Positions 27,207-36,707 of a stretch of 64,000 nt of DNA are shown here, piece after piece. Below the pieces are notes generated by a model. It did not search any database and was not told where the DNA came from. It saw only the letters and a list, made by a program, of their open reading frames with translations. The DNA lies in assembly GCA_964638635.1 (NCBI GenBank), contig CAZXAQ010000003.1, forward strand, positions 32,133 through 96,132. The letters are read 5' to 3'. The stretch's first letter is position 1; each line of letters begins with the position of its first letter. Origin of the DNA: an uncultured Flavobacteriaceae bacterium (lineage in GTDB: Bacteria; Pseudomonadota; Alphaproteobacteria; Micropepsales; Micropepsaceae). The translations under genes were made by a program, and so were the position numbers.

Positions 27207-27737
27207 CTAGGAACTCCGCAGCTCCAGCCACTGCCACTCGGTGGAGTGTTGCACGGCGCCGACGCCCGGCACCTTCCCCACCTCGGGGATCGAATGCACG
27301 ATCAGGAAAATGATCTGTCCGCGCCCTCGGCTGTCGTCGAACACCGGAAACCCCGTATACTCGACCGTGATCTTCGAGCCGTCGGCCATGCGCACCGGCG
27401 TGATCTGCCACAGACCGCAAGGCCGCGACAGCATCAGAAAGCCGCTATCGAAAGCCTCGCCCTTGATCGCGGGATCGACAAGCTCGAGATAATCGAACCC
27501 GATCGCCTCGCGCCCGACCAGCTTCACAATGCCGGCACCCGCGCGCGTGAACCTCAGCGTCAGCGAAGCCTTGTCGGGGTCGATCACGGCGATCCAAGGC
27601 ACCAGATCGCGGATGTTGCTGTAGTCGACATCGGCCAGCCGCGGCATCACCCCCGGCACCGGCGACCGCACGGCCTGCTCGAAGCGCAAGCTCTGCGCGG
27701 AACGCTTCGTGCGCGGGATGGTGGTTTCGTCTGCCAC
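27207..27737 (-). CDS. Hypothetical protein (possible PAS-like fold)
   Basis: 176-aa ORF with coding-like composition. No diagnostic motif recognised. Confidence 0.5.
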   Translation of the reverse strand: MADETTIPRTKRSAQSLRFEQAVRSPVPGVMPRLADVDYSNIRDLVPWIAVIDPDKASLTLRFTRAGAGIVKLVGREAIGFDYLELVDPAIKGEAFDSGFLMLSRPCGLWQITPVRMADGSKITVEYTGFPVFDDSRGRGQIIFLIVHSIPEVGKVPGVGAVQHSTEWQWLELRSS

Positions 27738-27842
27738 GGTGCCGGTTCGTATTGCGCGATCGATCGTTCATCGAGTATCCGAAGACGGCAGCGCACTCAA
27801 TTTGCCGAAGACGGCAACGTTGACGCACCGGGAGAGACGGCG

Positions 27843-28265
27843 ATGGCGGAAGCCAAGACGAAACCGACAAAACAAACCGTGGCCGCGTTCCTCAAGAGTG
27901 TGACGGACGACCAAAAACGCGAAGATGCCGCCAGAGTCATCGACCTGATGCGCGCCGCAACCAAGTGCGAGCCCGTCATGTGGGGCACGAGCATCATCGG
28001 CTTCGGCACATACAGCTACAAATACGAAAGCGGCCGTGAGGGCGACTGGCCGATCGTAGGCTTGAGCCCCCGCAAACAGAACCTCACGATCTACATCATG
28101 CCTGGTTTTTCGGAGTACAAAGACCTGCTCGCGAAACTGGGCCCGCACACAACCGGCGCATCGTGCCTCTACATCAAACGCTTGTCGGACATCGACATGC
28201 CCACGCTGAAGACGCTCATCACCCGCTCCGTCGCAGCCATGAAGAAGAAGCACAAAACCGGTTGA
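27843..28265 (+). CDS. DUF1801/YdhG-like domain protein
   Basis: MAEAKTKPTKQTVAAFLKSV...MWGTSIIGFGTYSYKYESGREGDWPIVGLSPRKQNLTIYI is typical of YdhG-like proteins. The upstream part of the track ORF is an antisense artefact. Confidence 0.65.
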   Translation: MAEAKTKPTKQTVAAFLKSVTDDQKREDAARVIDLMRAATKCEPVMWGTSIIGFGTYSYKYESGREGDWPIVGLSPRKQNLTIYIMPGFSEYKDLLAKLGPHTTGASCLYIKRLSDIDMPTLKTLITRSVAAMKKKHKTG

Positions 28266-28476
28266 CCGGTGATGCGGGAAAAACGCAACGCAGCGCACAT
28301 TTGCTGGCGCACCAAACGTTGTGCGACAGCGCCATACGCTCTTTCATGCCCTTAGCAAAGGAAGCTTCAGGCTGATCTCAGCATGACGACTGCCACACCA
28401 TGCAACGATCTCCGGTTGCCCCCGCCGAACCGCATTATAATTCGCGAATCACCTGGTGCGTTTCGAGGGGGTTACC

Positions 28477-28932
28477 ATGTCGCGCTATCGCGAGCGTAAG
28501 ATCCGGCTGAAGTCGTCGTCGCCGACGTTCGACGTTTTCCCGCTGCTGCTGCTGCCGATGCTCTACTTCAACTTCATGGCGATTTTCGTCTACGGGATGG
28601 ACACGGTCGCCGTGAACACCTGGCTCGCCAGCCCGGCATTCCAACTGACAATGTTCTCCGGCGCCGTCTGGTCGATGACGCAGGCCGACGTCATCATCGC
28701 CGCCGGTATGGGCTTGCTCTTCATCGAAGTGTTGAAGTCGATCGGCTCGCCGATGCTCAGCCTCGTCAACCACGGCATCGCCGTCATGACGCTGCTGATC
28801 TACGTGGTCCAGTTCATCTCGTTCCCGGCCTTCACGGTCTCGACGTTCTTCCTGCTGGCGCTGATGCAACTGATCGACGTCATCGCCGGCTACACGATCA
28901 CAATCGTCGCGAGCCGCGGGTTGACTCGCTGA
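28477..28932 (+). CDS. Hypothetical integral membrane protein
   Basis: ATG at 28477 after GAGGGGG. About 4 TM helices. Confidence 0.55.
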   Translation: MSRYRERKIRLKSSSPTFDVFPLLLLPMLYFNFMAIFVYGMDTVAVNTWLASPAFQLTMFSGAVWSMTQADVIIAAGMGLLFIEVLKSIGSPMLSLVNHGIAVMTLLIYVVQFISFPAFTVSTFFLLALMQLIDVIAGYTITIVASRGLTR

Positions 28933-29027
28933 TCGAGCGTTCGAACTAGTTCATCGCATGCGAGGTGCCAGTGGTGGCGTCGGCCACCGCTGGCATTGTC
29001 GTCTAACGGTCTATACGATGGCGACGC

Positions 29028-29822
29028 ATGAGACCCGACCTCGCCCGCATGATCGCCGAGGCCTATCGCTGGCAACGCCGCTTGGGAAACGTCCAAATCG
29101 CGGCGCCGCACTGCCACATTGTCGCCGACCCCGCCCACCCGGACGTCTGGGACTCCAACCACGCCGACGAGGTGACGGCGCAAACCAAAGCCGAAATCGA
29201 CGCGGTGTTCCGCGCGATGGACACACACCTCGCGCACACGCGCTGGCGCATCGTCCACAGCGACTGCTTCACGCCGGACGCATTCCTGGCACGGCTCGCT
29301 CTTGATGGCTTCGAAGAACGTCCGGTCACGATCCAAATGGCGCTGCAGGGCGACGTCGCCGATCGCGGCGCCGCGATCGCCTTGCATCCGGTCGCAAGCG
29401 AAGCCGATTGGGCTGCGTTGCTCCGGCTCGTGCTCGCAGACCACGCCGAGGGCAAGCGAACAAGCGGCCTCGATGTCTCGCCGGAGGTGAGCGCCGGCAT
29501 CGTTGCAGGCTACCGCACCAAGTGCCCCACCTACCGGTTCTATCTGGCGATGCAGCATGGCGCGCCCACCGCCTACGGCGCCTGCGCAGCCGCCCCAAAC
29601 GGTGCCGGGATGATCGAGGACTTGTTCACACTGCAACCAGCGCGCCGCAAGGGCATCGCCACAGCCTTGATCGCCGCCTTCACCGATCGGCTCCGCGGCG
29701 CCGGCTGCCACACGGTCTTTCTGGGTGCGCTGGCCACGGAACCGGCGAAGCACCTCTACGCGCGTCTGGGCTTTCGCCCCGTCATGCTCGCCCGCACATG
29801 GGCGCGGGAACTGCCCGCCTGA
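29028..29822 (+). CDS. GNAT-family N-acetyltransferase
   Basis: C-terminal acetyl-CoA binding pattern LQPARRKGIATALIAAF...LYARLGFRP. Confidence 0.8.
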   Translation: MRPDLARMIAEAYRWQRRLGNVQIAAPHCHIVADPAHPDVWDSNHADEVTAQTKAEIDAVFRAMDTHLAHTRWRIVHSDCFTPDAFLARLALDGFEERPVTIQMALQGDVADRGAAIALHPVASEADWAALLRLVLADHAEGKRTSGLDVSPEVSAGIVAGYRTKCPTYRFYLAMQHGAPTAYGACAAAPNGAGMIEDLFTLQPARRKGIATALIAAFTDRLRGAGCHTVFLGALATEPAKHLYARLGFRPVMLARTWARELPA

Positions 29823-29930
29823 GGCTGCATCGTGCCACCGGAACCGGTCGAACTCCGGCGAAATTCGGCTTATGATCGGAGCCCTCGGGTCCGGCTCCCG
29901 GACCCGGCCCGCGAAAACAGGAGGAAATTC

Positions 29931-30161
29931 ATGGCGAAGAAATCAGGCGTCGACACCGGCGTCTATCGCGTCACCGAAGTCATCGGCACCAGCCGCGTCT
30001 CATGGGAAGAGGCCGCCAAGAACGCGGTCGAACTCGCGTCCCACTCCTTGCGCGATCTGCGCATCGCCGAAGTCACGAAACTCGACATGCGCCTCGACGA
30101 CAAAGGCAAAGTCGTCGCCTACCGCGCCCGCGTCTCGCTCTCGTTCAAATACGCGCCTTAG
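29931..30161 (+). CDS. Dodecin-family flavin-binding protein
   Basis: ATG at 29931 after GGAGGAAATTC. GVYRVTEVIGTSRVSWEEAAKNAV...VVAYRARVSLSFKY resembles the dodecin fold signature. Confidence 0.8.
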   Translation: MAKKSGVDTGVYRVTEVIGTSRVSWEEAAKNAVELASHSLRDLRIAEVTKLDMRLDDKGKVVAYRARVSLSFKYAP

Positions 30162-30182
30162 ACGACACCATACATAAACTCG

Positions 30183-30240
30183 TCATGGCCGGGCTTGCCT
30201 GCCCGCCGAAGCCTCCGGCGGAGGCGGGACCCGGCCATGA
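30183..30240. repeat. GC-rich extended hairpin (REP-like), shares the CGTCATGGCCGGG core with the 53096 element
   Basis: TCATGGCCGGG at 30183-30193 pairs with CCCGGCCATGA at 30230-30240. Inner CCCGCC/GGCGGG pairing. No U-tract follows. Confidence 0.7.
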
Positions 30241-30272
30241 ATAACTCTCTCCGCGAAATGGATGAACTGTCG

Positions 30273-30683
30273 ATGCGTGTCGCAATTGCGCTTGCACTCA
30301 CTCTCGGGACACTGTTACCGGCACACGCCTACCCCGCAAAGGAAACCGAAATCCTCTCGACAACCAGCTACGCCGTCGCCACCGCGGGCCAAAAGAACCG
30401 GAAAGGCGCCGAAGCATACTGCCGCCAAGCCAAGGCGACGCTGACCAAGAAGCCGGAAGACGCCTACCTCTTCGCGTACATCGAACGCTGCTTCGCACTC
30501 GTCGCCGACGCGTCGAATGACAAGAAGACCGCGTGCAAGCGCTTCAAGACCGCGCTCGACATCTGGACGCGCACGCCCCCGCCGAACGACCACCCGCAAT
30601 CCGTGGCAAGCCGCACGGCATTGCGCACCAGCATGGAACAGTATCGCGCCACGAACTGCGGCGCGAAACCGGCCACCCCTTGA
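30273..30683 (+). CDS. Hypothetical secreted protein
   Basis: MRVAIALALTLGTLLPAHA signal peptide. Start could be 30237. Confidence 0.5.
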   Translation: MRVAIALALTLGTLLPAHAYPAKETEILSTTSYAVATAGQKNRKGAEAYCRQAKATLTKKPEDAYLFAYIERCFALVADASNDKKTACKRFKTALDIWTRTPPPNDHPQSVASRTALRTSMEQYRATNCGAKPATP

Positions 30684-30693
30684 GGCGGAGCGC

Positions 30694-31455
30694 ATGGCCT
30701 ATCTTGAGCTACCCGCGAGCAGTCCGACAGCACGATTTGTACAGGCATTCTGGCAATCGACGGAAACGATCGTCGCACCGGTAGAGCGGCGCGTATTGCC
30801 CGACGGATGCGCCGATTTCGTTTTCGACTTTTCGCCACAGACGAGCGAGGCTGATTGCGCCGGGCTCGTGGGCACGATGACACGACCACTGCTCCTCGAC
30901 GCAGCCGGCAAGCGTGACTTCTTCGGCATTCGTTTCCGACCGGGAGCGCCCTTCTTGCTGTGGCGGCTGCCGATGAAAAGCCTAACTGACACCCGAGAAG
31001 CGCTCTACGACGTGGTCGCTGGTGCCCGGCCGCTTACCGGTCAGCTCGCCAGAGCACGAACATTACGCGAGCGCGCTGCAATTGCGGAACGTTGGATTGA
31101 GACGCGGCTGCGCGAGACGTGTGTGACCACGAGAGAGCTCGAAACCCTGTCCGCCCTCAACGCGCATATGGCAGCGGGCAAACGACCGGGCGATTTCGCC
31201 GAACGGAGCGGCTGGAACGAACGCAAGCTGCAGCGCTATTTCGACAGCGCCTTCGGCACGTCCCCCGCGACAATGCATTGCTTCTGGCGTTTCGAGCGCA
31301 CCCGCCGAGTGCTTAGCGAAGCACGGCACTGCCGGTTGAACGACCTTGCGCTCGCTCAAGGCTATTCCGACCAAGCCCATATGGCGCGCGAATTCCGTCG
31401 CTTCTCGGGTCTGACGATCACCGCTTGGTGCGCCGAAGCGGACCTTGCCCCCTAG
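30694..31455 (+). CDS. AraC-family transcriptional regulator
   Basis: C-terminal AraC HTH: NDLALAQGYSDQAHMAREFRRFSGLT. Confidence 0.85.
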   Translation: MAYLELPASSPTARFVQAFWQSTETIVAPVERRVLPDGCADFVFDFSPQTSEADCAGLVGTMTRPLLLDAAGKRDFFGIRFRPGAPFLLWRLPMKSLTDTREALYDVVAGARPLTGQLARARTLRERAAIAERWIETRLRETCVTTRELETLSALNAHMAAGKRPGDFAERSGWNERKLQRYFDSAFGTSPATMHCFWRFERTRRVLSEARHCRLNDLALAQGYSDQAHMAREFRRFSGLTITAWCAEADLAP

Positions 31456-31525
31456 TGTCGGATTTCTTCAAGACACTGAGATCGCGACGCCTTAGATTCG
31501 CCGGATAAGCCACAAACGGAATCCC

Positions 31526-31912
31526 ATGATCACCAAAGCGACCGCCGTACTGTTCGTCGAAACGATCGAAACGAGCGCACCGTTCTTCGAAGCAGCGGGA
31601 TTCAAGCGTACCGTCGAAGTCCCACACGAAGACAAGCTCGGCTTCATCATTCTCGAAAGCGGCACCGCCGAAGTGATGCTGCAGTCCTACGCCAGCGCGA
31701 CGGCCGACGTGACCACTTTGAATCCGCAGGACATTCGGGCCTCGCGCACCTATCTCTTCGTCGAGATCGACGAACTCGAGAAAGTCGAAAGCGCACTCGC
31801 GCCCTACCCCATCGTCATACCGCGCCGCCAGACGCCCTACGGCGCCACCGAAACCGGCTACCGCGAACCCGGGGGCCACTTCGTGACGTTCGCTCAATTC
31901 AATCGCGCCTAA
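31526..31912 (+). CDS. VOC/glyoxalase-bleomycin-resistance family protein
   Basis: Size and beta-alpha-beta-beta-beta-like pattern. Ends ...YGATETGYREPGGHFVTF. Confidence 0.7.
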   Translation: MITKATAVLFVETIETSAPFFEAAGFKRTVEVPHEDKLGFIILESGTAEVMLQSYASATADVTTLNPQDIRASRTYLFVEIDELEKVESALAPYPIVIPRRQTPYGATETGYREPGGHFVTFAQFNRA

Positions 31913-32004
31913 ACCACGCGACGCAACCCAAACACTGCACGCATCTCGTCAAGCGTGGCCGCGGCGCCCTCACGCGTCCCGGCCACAGATCAAGCCTGAC
32001 CTGC

Positions 32005-34224
32005 CTAGAACCCCGGCGCGAACTTGCCGTTCTTTGGCCAACCTTTCGGCGCCAGGCGCCCGGCCTGCGCGCGTTCGCCGCGATAGTCGGAGAGCTCGCT
32101 CTTCTCCCACGTCCGCCCATTGTAGTCGCGCAAGCCGTCCGCATAGACGAACGACGTCGCATCGACGAGCCCGCCATCCTTATACTTCTGCAAGGCAACG
32201 CCTTTGCCCTTCGCCATCTCCGGCACGTCGGCGAGCTTGAAGATCACCATCTTCCGGTTCTCGCCGATGAACGCCACGTGATCGCCGGACGCGGGCGTGC
32301 AAACCTTCGCCTCCTCCAGCGGGTCGACGTTCATCACCTGCTTGCCGCCCTTCTTCTGCGCGATCACTTCGTCCTCCGGCACGACGAAGCCGCGACCCGC
32401 CGAGGAGGCGATCAGCAGTTTGCGCCCCGGCTCGTGCACGAACAACGCCACGATATCCTGATCGTTCTCCAGATCGCACATCAGCCGCACCGGCTCGCCA
32501 TGCCCGCGCCCGCCCGGCAGGTCCTTGCACTCCAGCGTGAAGAACCGCCCGTTCGTCGAGAACAGCACAAGCTTGTCCGTCGTCTGCGCCTTCACCCAGA
32601 ACCGGCCCTTGTCGCCTTCCTTAAACTTCACGTCGTCGTTCGGCTCGACGTGCCCCTTCATGGCACGGATCCAACCCTTGTCGGAGCAGAGAACGGTAAT
32701 CGGCTCCTTCTCGACCAGCGCGTCCATCGGCACGTCTTCGATCGCCGGCGCATCGGCCAGAACCGAACGGCGCTTGCCGAGCACCGTCTTCGCGCCGAAC
32801 TTCGCACGCAGCTCCTGGAAGCTCGCCTTCAAGCGCTCGTTCTGCTTCTCCTCCGACTTCACCAGCGTCTTCAACTCCTTCTGCTCGGCCTGCAGCGACG
32901 TGTGCTCTTGCCGGATCTCAATCTCTTCCAGCTTGCGCAAACTACGCAAACGCATGTTCAGGATCGCCTCGGCCTGCAGATCTGTCAGCTTGAATGCTTT
33001 GATCAACTCGGCCTTCGGATCGTCCGACGTGCGGATGATCTTGATCACCTTGTCGATGTTGAGGAACACCGACAGGAAGCCTTCCAGAATCTCCAACCGC
33101 TCGGCGATCTTCGCCAACCGGTGGCTTGCGCGCCGGATCAGCACGTCGCGTTGATGATCGAGGAATGCGACCAGCGCCTGTTTCAGGCTCATCACGCGCG
33201 GCGTCAGCGTCGCGTCCAGCACCGTCATATTAAGCGAGAAGCGCGTCTCGAGCGCCGTCGTGCGGAACAGCTGCTCCATCATCACGTCCGGTTCGATGTT
33301 GCGGCTCTTCGGCACCAGCACGACGCGAATGTCTTCCGCCGACTCGTCGCGAATGTCGTCCAAGAACGGCAACTTCTTGTCGACGATCATGTCGGCGATG
33401 TCTTTGATCAGCTTGCCTTTCGCGACCTGATAAGGAATCTCGGTCACGATCACGACCCACGTGCCGCGCGCGCCTTCCTCCTTGTGCCACTTTGCACGCA
33501 GGCGGAACCCGCCTTTGCCGGTGCGATAGGCTTCTGCAATCGACTCCGCCGGTTCCACCACAATGCCGCCGGTCGGGAAATCGGGTCCCTTGATGTACTG
33601 CAACAACGTGTCGTCGCGCGCATTCGGCGCGCCGACGAGATGGATCAGCGCCTGCGCGATCTCATCCAAATTGTGGGGTGGAATGTTCGTCGCCATGCCG
33701 ACGGCGATGCCCGACGACCCGTTCGCCAGCAGGTTCGGGAAGCCGCCGGGCAGAACCGCCGGTTCGCTTTCCTTGCCGTCGTAGGTAGGGCGGTAGTCCG
33801 TACCGCCGTCGTCAAGCCCGTCCAACAGAAGCTCGCCGATGACGGTCAACCGGCTTTCCGTGTAGCGCATCGCGGCGGGGTTGTCGCCGTCGACATTCCC
33901 GAAATTGCCCTGCCCGTCGATCAGCGGGTAGCGCAGCGAAAAGGTCTGCACCAAGCGCACCAGCGCATCGTAGATCGACTGGTCGCCATGCGGATGGAAC
34001 TTGCCCATAACGTCGCCGACAACGCGCGCCGACTTCGAGAAGCTCCCCGTTGGGTCCAGCCTCAACCGCTGCATCGAAAACAGCAGCCGCCGATGGACCG
34101 GCTTCATCCCGTCGCGCACGTCCGGCAGCGCACGCTGCATGATCGTCGAGAGCGCATAGGCGAGGTAACGCTCGCCCAGCGCGTCCTTGAGGTCGACGTC
34201 GCGTATCAGGTCCTCAAGCGCCAT
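32005..34224 (-). CDS. parC: DNA topoisomerase IV subunit A
   Basis: YLAYALSTIMQRALPDVRDGMKPVHRRLLF, catalytic AAMRYTE region. The 739-aa length is typical of ParC rather than GyrA. Confidence 0.93.
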   Translation of the reverse strand: MALEDLIRDVDLKDALGERYLAYALSTIMQRALPDVRDGMKPVHRRLLFSMQRLRLDPTGSFSKSARVVGDVMGKFHPHGDQSIYDALVRLVQTFSLRYPLIDGQGNFGNVDGDNPAAMRYTESRLTVIGELLLDGLDDGGTDYRPTYDGKESEPAVLPGGFPNLLANGSSGIAVGMATNIPPHNLDEIAQALIHLVGAPNARDDTLLQYIKGPDFPTGGIVVEPAESIAEAYRTGKGGFRLRAKWHKEEGARGTWVVIVTEIPYQVAKGKLIKDIADMIVDKKLPFLDDIRDESAEDIRVVLVPKSRNIEPDVMMEQLFRTTALETRFSLNMTVLDATLTPRVMSLKQALVAFLDHQRDVLIRRASHRLAKIAERLEILEGFLSVFLNIDKVIKIIRTSDDPKAELIKAFKLTDLQAEAILNMRLRSLRKLEEIEIRQEHTSLQAEQKELKTLVKSEEKQNERLKASFQELRAKFGAKTVLGKRRSVLADAPAIEDVPMDALVEKEPITVLCSDKGWIRAMKGHVEPNDDVKFKEGDKGRFWVKAQTTDKLVLFSTNGRFFTLECKDLPGGRGHGEPVRLMCDLENDQDIVALFVHEPGRKLLIASSAGRGFVVPEDEVIAQKKGGKQVMNVDPLEEAKVCTPASGDHVAFIGENRKMVIFKLADVPEMAKGKGVALQKYKDGGLVDATSFVYADGLRDYNGRTWEKSELSDYRGERAQAGRLAPKGWPKNGKFAPGF

Positions 34225-34258
34225 AACGAATCCTCATCGATACTGGAGAGGCGTCTGA

Positions 34259-34996
34259 CTACCGGCCTGACCCCTGGCCCGCAAGCCGCTCGGCAAACCG
34301 CGCCCGCGCCTGTGGAACCGTGGCGCCGTGTTCCAGCGCCACCCGCTCCAGGAAAAACCCCGTCAGCGCCAATCCATCCACAAGATCGTTGGGTGCACCC
34401 GCCCCGTCGTCTGGCGTTAAAAACCGCGGCAATTTCAACAGCCGGTCGCGATAGGGCTCGGCCGCACCCGCACTCACGGCGCGTCCCGTTTTCGGCGACA
34501 CGAAACGAAGATCGTCTGTGGTCCCCGTCACCGCGCATTGCGACAGGTCGAGCCCGAACCCCAAATCCTCAAGCAGCATCAACTCGAAGCGCACATAGTC
34601 GCCAACCCACGCCGGTGACGCATGCGCCGTGATCGACTGAAGCAGCGCGTCGAGCGCATCGAACACACGCACATGCAACTCGCGTTCGGGTAGCGTCGCC
34701 GCACAAACGGCGCAAGCCGAACTCAACCCCGCAAGCTTCAACGCATCGTCGAAGAACTGCGCAGCGCGCGCAGCCGCGAGCTCAATCGTGTAGCTGCCCA
34801 GCTGCTGATCGAGCCGCCCCCGCCAGTGCAGCTTCACGGCGTTGCCGGCCTCAAGCGCCCCCCTCAACCGCTTCGACATCGCCCCGCGCACAAGCCCCAA
34901 ATGCCGCCCGTGCTCGCGCGTCAAAGCCTCAAGTATCGCCCCGTTCTCGCCAAACGGCCGCAAGCCCAAAACGATCCCGTCGTCGGTCCACTCCAT
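34259..34996 (-). CDS. recO: DNA repair protein RecO
   Basis: MEWTDDGIVLGLRPFGENGAILEALTREHGRH... is a typical RecO OB-fold N-terminus. ATG at 34996. Confidence 0.9.
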   Translation of the reverse strand: MEWTDDGIVLGLRPFGENGAILEALTREHGRHLGLVRGAMSKRLRGALEAGNAVKLHWRGRLDQQLGSYTIELAAARAAQFFDDALKLAGLSSACAVCAATLPERELHVRVFDALDALLQSITAHASPAWVGDYVRFELMLLEDLGFGLDLSQCAVTGTTDDLRFVSPKTGRAVSAGAAEPYRDRLLKLPRFLTPDDGAGAPNDLVDGLALTGFFLERVALEHGATVPQARARFAERLAGQGSGR

Positions 34997-35142
34997 GACA
35001 CCACGCATTGCACACCGCATGCGCGTGTCAAGGGAATTGGCGTGAGTGCAACGACCAGCGGTATCGTTGACGCACCGTAGCCGGCTGTTACGGTTCAAAT
35101 CCCCGCAACCCACACGGCCCTTAACAGGGGCTTGGAGCAATC

Positions 35143-35784
35143 ATGCGCCTCCTCACCATGACGGCCGCGGCACTGGCGCTCGCCGGTCTGTCGAGTTCTG
35201 CTTTCGCCGCGGAACCGCCGATCACCAATCCGAACCAGCTCGTCGAAAACGTGACGGCCGAGAGTATCGGCCAACTCGTGACCGAACTCGGCGGACAAAA
35301 CGTTCAGATCGTCGACACCGGAACGACGAAAGTAGTCACGTTCCAAGACGGCGGCTCGCCCTACAACTTCACGCCGACGGGATGCGATCAAAACGTCTGT
35401 ACCGGCCTTTCGCTGCTTGTCGTCGTCGACAATTCGACGGCCAACCTTCCCGCCGAAACGCTCGTCAATGCCGCCAAGGAGAATCCGTTGCTGAGTTTCT
35501 TCAAGGTCGACAACACCAAGTTCGCGGTCGGCCGCATCGCCCTCGTCCGGGGCGGCGTGACCAAGAAACACCTCGCCTACGAACTCTCGCTCTTCGTGGT
35601 CGCCTATCGCGAAGCCAGAGAGAAGCTCGCGTCGGCGCTCATCACAAACTTCGTCCAGCCTGGCCCGTTCCAGCGCGCAAGCTTCGGGAACGGCACGCTG
35701 CGTGCGATCCGTGTACCGCCGGCCTTGGTGGAGCAACTCGTCCGCAACATGCCGCGCGACGAGCGGCCTGGCTTCCGGCGCTAA
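35143..35784 (+). CDS. Hypothetical secreted protein (YbjN-like?)
   Basis: Signal peptide MRLLTMTAAALALAGLSSSAFA. Lies between recO and era on the opposite strand. Confidence 0.55.
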   Translation: MRLLTMTAAALALAGLSSSAFAAEPPITNPNQLVENVTAESIGQLVTELGGQNVQIVDTGTTKVVTFQDGGSPYNFTPTGCDQNVCTGLSLLVVVDNSTANLPAETLVNAAKENPLLSFFKVDNTKFAVGRIALVRGGVTKKHLAYELSLFVVAYREAREKLASALITNFVQPGPFQRASFGNGTLRAIRVPPALVEQLVRNMPRDERPGFRR

Positions 35785-36707
35785 GACTTCGGGCGCTCCA
35801 GCCCCATTTCACGATAGTGCGCGGGATCGTCGGCCCAGTTCTCGCGCACCTTCACATGCAGGAAGAGATGCACCTTGTGCCCGAACAGGGCCTCCATCTC
35901 CGCGCGCGCCGATGAGCCCAGTTCCTTGATCGACGCGCCGCCCTTGCCGAGTACGATGGCCTTCTGCCCGTCGCGCTCCACGAAGATCGTCTGCTCGACA
36001 CGCGCAGACCCGTCCTTCATTTCGGTCCATTGCTCCGTCACGACCGTGGTCGCGTAAGGCAGTTCCTGATGCAGTCGGTCGTAGATCCGCTCCCGCGTGA
36101 TCTCCGCCGCAAGCAGGCGCAGCGGAATGTCGGACGCCTGGTCCTCGGGATAGGCCCAAGGCCCGGCCGGCACATGGGTGGCCAGATAGCGCACCAAGTC
36201 CGCGGTGCCGTCGCCCTTCTCAGCCGAGATCATGAACACGGCGTCGAACGCCGTCTCCGCGCGGAACCGGTCGACCAACGGCAGCAGCAGGTCGCGCTTC
36301 ACCGCATCGACCTTGTTCACGACCAACACCGCCGAGCGCTTCGTGTCCTTCAACCCCCGCACGATGCGCGCCGTATCCTTCGCCGAAAACCCGTTCGGCT
36401 CGCGCAGCAGTTCCGGTGCGTCCACGATGAGGCAAACGAGATCGGCATCCGCCGCTCCCGCCCACGCGGCCTCGACCATCGCCTTGTCGAGATTCCGCTT
36501 CGGCTCGAAGATGCCCGGCGTGTCGACCAGTACGATTTGGGACTGAGCTTCGATCACCACCCCGCGCACGCGCATGCGGGTCGTTTGCACCTTGCGGCTG
36601 ACGATCGAAACCTTTGACCCGACGAGGCGATTGACCAGCGTGGACTTGCCCGCGTTCGGCGCACCGATGATCGCAACGAAACCGCAGCGTGTTCCCGCCG
36701 CGCTCAC
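35781..36707 (-). CDS. era: GTPase Era
   Basis: G1 motif GAPNAGKSTL, DTPG, NKVD, and a C-terminal KH domain. Confidence 0.97.
   Translation of the reverse strand: MSAAGTRCGFVAIIGAPNAGKSTLVNRLVGSKVSIVSRKVQTTRMRVRGVVIEAQSQIVLVDTPGIFEPKRNLDKAMVEAAWAGAADADLVCLIVDAPELLREPNGFSAKDTARIVRGLKDTKRSAVLVVNKVDAVKRDLLLPLVDRFRAETAFDAVFMISAEKGDGTADLVRYLATHVPAGPWAYPEDQASDIPLRLLAAEITRERIYDRLHQELPYATTVVTEQWTEMKDGSARVEQTIFVERDGQKAIVLGKGGASIKELGSSARAEMEALFGHKVHLFLHVKVRENWADDPAHYREMGLERPKS

Noticed and set aside
25706-27313. 535-aa plus-strand ORF spanning the NUDIX 3' end through the MFS gene
   Set aside because: It is an alternative frame of the MFS gene with an extreme Arg/Pro content. The MFS frame shows 12 TM segments and motif A.
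32278-34632. 784-aa plus-strand ORF, the longest non-RHS ORF in the track
   Set aside because: It lies exactly antisense to parC and recO. The translation is Arg/His/Leu-rich with no domain pattern. This is a typical GC-rich antisense shadow, whereas parC on the minus strand has unmistakable topoisomerase motifs.
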